Source: Macrostomum hystrix
Taxonomy: Eukaryota; Animalia; Platyhelminthes
Length of the DNA stretch: 64,000 nucleotides
Assembly (NCBI GenBank): GCA_950097015.1
Contig: CATNEN010000030.1
Coordinates: forward strand, 3,906,001 to 3,970,000
Reading direction: 5' to 3'
Shown one piece after another: positions 59,431-64,000 of the stretch (position 1 is its first letter; every line of letters starts with the position of its first letter). Position numbers and translations under genes: made by a program. The notes under the pieces are model-generated. The model saw only the letters and a program-made list of their open reading frames with translations. It searched no databases and had not been told where the DNA came from.

Positions 59431-60386
59431 CTTGGAGCCCTGCCTGAATTGGTGATTTCACTGGTAATATTTGTGGCGGCAATCATTATATATTGATTTT
59501 ACCTACTGTCACTGAAATTGCTGACGAGAAAATACCAATTTAACATTAGAAGGCACTAATGTGTTTTCGTTCGTTTTAATTTTTCTGTTCATATTCGCGC
59601 CAAAACTGTCCTTTGTTTTGTCTTTAGAGCACGGCTACTAATAGGGTGTGAAAATTCAAAAGGCCACATTAACAGTAGAAAGACCCATGATATATTTTCC
59701 CCTTGGGGAATACCACGGGATATTTCAAATACCCGCTGCCTACGTCGCGATAGCTCCGAAACCGAACGACCGATTTTCGTGAAAAGTCCACCCTTTACGA
59801 TGAGCTAACTTTCAAAGCCGTCCGACGTCAGCATCGTCAGTGATATTCAGAAATTCTTGTCAAAGACCCTGGTGACAAGGACAACGAACATTGCTCTGTG
59901 TGAACCTTTATGGCGAATCCTGTATTGGTGAGAATCCGGAAAATTCTGGCCCGTGTTCAGGATTTTCATGTTGAATTTGTTAAATATTTTACGAGATTCA
60001 GAAAAAAAGAGAATTATTGTGGGTATATATTTGAAATATCCACTTGGTCTTTCGTCTGTTCAATTCCACAATGTTCCACAATGTCCACCATGAAAATCAC
60101 ACTCTGGGCTCTCCATAACCAATCAAAGTTTCGAAACTTTTAGACCTTCGATACGAAGAAAAAACTATTTTTTGTTTATTTCTTCAGCAAATGAAATAAT
60201 CTAGAAATATTCAAAGCTTACTTTGCTTTTCTATCAAAAGTACGTCGGCGACAGATTTAAGGTTAAGCGATTAAACTTAGAAAGAAAAAAGTAACTTTTT
60301 TATAAGAATTGTAGCGATAAAAATGTCTTTCAAAGAATGTCCTTGAAATAGAAATTTCTTTGAACGTTCAGCGAGAGATTCAATAA

Positions 60387-60965
60387 GGGGGCGAGTGGGT
60401 CAGCGGCTAACGTCGCTGCCTCGCACTCCAAAGGACGCTAGTTCGATTCACCCTTCAAGTCACGATTAATTTCGGGACTTGTTGGAGGGTTTGGACAGTA
60501 GCGACCGGCGGAGGTGCAATCAAAGCTTGAAATAATAGCTTCGCTCCTACCTTCTGTGTGCCTGTTCTGCGTTGTGTGAGTTGTGTGCGTTGGCGCTGGG
60601 GCGTGAGACCTTGCGAGGGGTGGCTGGAGGGCGGGTGTACACCGCCACGCGCTTTCTGGACTTCCGTCAGCGCGATTGGATAAGTGTACACTCATCACCC
60701 GGCTCCCCCCTGAGGACTGATTTCTTATCAGCCTTCCGCCCCGGCTTGGTCTGCTATGTGCGTGTGGGGCTGGGGTGGGGGGCACTGCTGCCTATTCTGG
60801 GTGCCTCCTGCCCTCCCCGGCTGGTCTGTGCTGCTGTGTGTGGTGCCTGCTCAGGGGAGGCGGCGCGATGGGCGCAAAAGCGCCTAGTTCGCCGGTCTGG
60901 GGGCGTGCCGCTCCGTCGCTTGTGCGACAAGTGCCCCGGCCCCCTGCAAATAGATAGAGATAGAG
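60387..60965 (+). mobile_element. tRNA-derived SINE-like element with a long GC-rich body
   Basis: Head with A-box-like TGGGTCAGCGG and B-box GTTCGATTC at tRNA-like spacing; GC-rich body; simple-repeat tail AATAGATAGAGATAGA. Does not fold as an intact tRNA by eye. Confidence 0.5.
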
Positions 60966-61170
60966 GGATTCAATATAGAATAACAATATGTTAGCTGGCA
61001 AGTAATGCTTAGATAAAAATGGTTTGGATCAGATAGAAATATTCAGACAAAAATAAATAGAAATAGAATTGTGTCGAATTGGTTAAACTCAATTCAATAA
61101 ACTACAGGCAGTTGTTTCAAAAAAACGAGTTTTCCAGTTATGTGAAGGCACTGCTGTAGTCTTGGACAGG

Positions 61171-63470
61171 TTAAGTAGCACCAACAGTCTTCTTGTGCCT
61201 GCTTTGTGGCCGCTGCTGCTGCTGCTGCTGCTGTTGCTGCTGCTGCATCTTGGACATGACAGTACTGGCCAATCCCGCCTGTCCACTGGGGCGTCGAGTG
61301 GCACCTGCTTTGGCCGCCTGTCAATGGTGACCATTCGGTGCATTAACTCAGCGTCACCAGTGTTCCCATGGTACCGCATCAGTACTCACTTCCTTCTCCC
61401 TGCTCGCCACCGCGAACGCCTGGTACTTCTTCATCTGAGTCTCATAGTCCAGAATGTACTTCGGCAGCAGGGTGCGATCGTCAAATTCAGCTTGCAGCTC
61501 TGAAAGGCGGGGCTTGTTATGAGTTGAACTCTGCAAGCTGGTTGAGTTGTAAAATGTTCATCCAGCTGTTAAATGGGTTCCAGTATTAGCTGAGGTAGAA
61601 AATTGGGTGGTTACAGCGGCCTGCCCTGTCCATGGACTGAACTGCTGTACACAGCCTTTGTAAGAACAGTGCAATGGCTGCGGCTAAGCCAGGTAGAGCG
61701 TTGAACTCAAGAATTGAAGGTCGGGGGTTCGACTCCTGACTCCCCTGGAACTAATTGTATCCTTTCGCAAGAAACTTAACTCTGCATTGCTTCAGTTCAC
61801 CCAGCTGTTAAATGGGTACCAGCATCAACTGGTGTAATTGAATGGTGGGTGTGGCATCCACCCAGTCCATGGACTGAACTGCCGTACGCAGCCTTCAGAT
61901 GCCGCGCAACAGCTGGTGTATATCGGCGCAGGTGTAATCAATAATTAAACTATTACTATGTTTCGAGAATTCGTAAATATAAAATGTCCCTAGCTGTAAG
62001 GAGAACAATTTATCCCAGCCCTAAAAGTTTCACATTCGCCTCACTTTCGCCTCCTTGTCTAGTTCCGCTTTTCTTCTGCGCTGGCAGCGGCGCGGCGAAC
62101 TCTTTGTCGCGAAAGTAGGCGTCCGGGTGCGCCACAAAGTCCGGCTGTTTCGGGTCGCGCGTCTCAACAAATTCCACAATGGAAAGGCTCTGCGGGCGGG
62201 TGGGAATTGTTTACAAAATGCTTGCAATGGCAGCGCGGCGTTGAAAATGTCAGCGAACCCCCGGCAGCTATCGTCAGTTTTCCCGTTTCTGTCACGTTGC
62301 TAGGCGAGAGTGTTGCAATGAGGGTGACTGGCTGGACCCCTCTTAGAGAGGCCTGGCTCGATTTCCTGCGATGTACTTTTACAGGAGGATCTTTGGTCAA
62401 CAGAAGGAGGCTAGAAATTGAATATGCGCTGGAGCACTTCACAAAATAGCGAAGAAGGCTGAAGTGCCGTTCAGTTCTGAACAATGCCCAGAACGCTGAC
62501 CTTAAACTAACAGCTTATTTATCTAGCAGCCACTTGACCGCAGTGTGAAATCAAGGCAATCCAACAGTAAGCCACTTCGCGCTTCAAATTTTCCCATTAT
62601 TTATCGACTAACAAAGGCAGGCTGCAATCTGGGGCTCACATTGAAAGGCCCCACTGAGGGTGTGTTCCTGTCCTGGCAAAGAAACGGCAGGTCGGTCATT
62701 GTCTGGGGCTGGCGGCGCTGACGCCTATCTGCACCCACCTCCGCGTAGCGATTGCCTGCGGATCAAATGATCAGTTAGGAGAGCTTGGTAGGTAATCAAA
62801 TGATCAGTTAGGAGAGCTTGGTAGGTAATCAAATGATCAGTTAGGAGAGCTTGGTAGGTAATCAAATGATCAGGTAAGAGAGCTTGGTAGGTAATCAAAT
62901 AATCAGTTAGGAGAGCTTGGAAGGTAATAAAAAGATCTGGTAGGAGAGCTTGTTAGTTGATAAAATAATCCTAGTAGGTGTGTGACATAAAGCGGTGAGG
63001 CAAAATATGATTGCTTCAATCAACCATAACATTATCGAATTCGGAGCACCCACCAAGCAGCGAGCTGTTCCAGGCGCTGACTCTGAAGTCCTTCGGGTTC
63101 GTGACGGCCCTCTCATCGGGGCTCCAGTCCGTCTCTTCATCGGGAGGCGGGCCGCGAAGTGGCTCTGAATCCTCCTGCTCACGCTCCTGAATTACGTAAT
63201 TCAGAAAAATGTGTCAGCGAGTTTCAGTTGGTAGTTTAGGATTTATTAGAAATTTAGCCCGATTGAAATGCAATCGCAGCGTGGGCTCTAAAATTCTCTA
63301 AGAATGACTCAAATACGATTCGAGACTGCCTGGCTACCCACCAGCTAACCAATTAAACCGATGCCTGATTGACACATTTGCTAAGCCGCATTCTGAGCAA
63401 TGGTTTGAGCACGGGCCCTATCTGTTACTGCCTAAGCGCAAACCAGCTTGGCTAATTGGGCTGTACTCAT
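61171..63470 (-). CDS. Hypothetical protein of about 242 aa, six-exon model, poly-Gln near the C-terminus
   Basis: Exons 63470-63444, 63186-63050, 62458-62296, 62189-62045, 61499-61390 and 61317-61171 join in phase (0,2,0,1,0) with GT/AG sites: MSTAQLAKL-EREQEDSE...SLSIVEFVETRDPKQPDFVAHPDAYF...KYILDYETQMKKY...RHKKTVGAT*. Exon 1 is the least certain. Confidence 0.62.
61520..61950 (+). mobile_element. Tandem tRNA-derived SINE copies (headless 61520-61645; full 61676-61950)
   Basis: B-box GGTTCGACTCC at about 61726. The central GTATCCTTTCGCAAGAAACTTAACTC..CACCCAGCTGTTAAATGGGTACC resembles the conserved Meta domain of metazoan SINEs (from recollection). The two copies align to each other and lie antisense in the host-gene intron. 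Confidence 0.68.
62762..62960. repeat. 33-bp intronic minisatellite (AATCAAATGATCAGTTAGGAGAGCTTGGTAGGT), about 6 copies
   Basis: Tandem periodicity of 33, in intron 62459-63049. Confidence 0.9.
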
Positions 63471-64000
63471 TTTGGATGCATCTTGCTACAGCAGAGATTC
63501 ATGGCCCTTGGATTATTATCTCATAAAAGTGCACGAGCTAATAGTACAAAGGAAGAAACGCCGGTAATGGGACTAACAAATACTGATGGTCACGAGTTCT
63601 ATTTTGACCGATTTTTTAATAAAACTAGTTTCTGTACATCTTCTGCTGCTCTTCTTTGTAACTAATTTTAAATAATGCTGCGAGTATTCAATTACTTACA
63701 CACTGTGCGAACTAAAGTAAGACACAATTTTAGTAAATACTTACTCTTACTATAGGGGAACATTGGCGATTATATCGTGCATAAAAACTACGTAATAGTC
63801 TACGTAAGTGAAGTATTTGAACTAGTAAATTAAGTTGTAACTATTCGTTTATTATCACAATGCGTGCTTTTCTAAAGAGCGAATTGTACTTTAATGAAAT
63901 AAATCCTGTTTAAACAAAACTCATCGGTACAGAAAGATGCTTAATTGAACATAAAATGTGGAAAGACAACACACCAGCATCTACAAGAACGTGTTCTAAG

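Noticed and set aside
60387-61745. Functional tRNA genes at 60387 and 61676
   Set aside because: A/B boxes are present, but acceptor and anticodon stems do not pair cleanly and both continue into SINE-like bodies.

Overview
Eukaryotic, intron-containing animal DNA. The GC-rich exons, poly-Gln/Ala tracts and minisatellite-filled introns resemble the flatworm Macrostomum; this is inference only. Splice models were built by hand from GT/AG sites and codon phase. Four genes are recognisable: LRRC56 (+), a CARD-containing caspase-2-like protease (+), a PAK/STE20 kinase (+) and a probably GPI-anchored acetylcholinesterase (-). There are also three multi-exon hypothetical genes and a disrupted C-type lectin. 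Mobile DNA comprises an internally deleted mariner, tRNA-derived SINEs and several MITE-like elements. About 30 different tandem arrays cover roughly one third of the window, and nearly all the long ORFs in the track are artefacts of them. Four patterns stand out. (i) Introns are either about 65-190 bp or expanded by a private minisatellite. (ii) Many array units carry splice-signal motifs on the sense strand. (iii) One pair of mutually inverted arrays brackets a frame-preserving two-exon cassette (56860-57198), a candidate for repeat-driven exon skipping or circularisation. (iv) The C-type lectin has a UGA at a conserved Trp position, with the domain continuing in frame. No CRISPR array, rRNA or intact tRNA gene was found.
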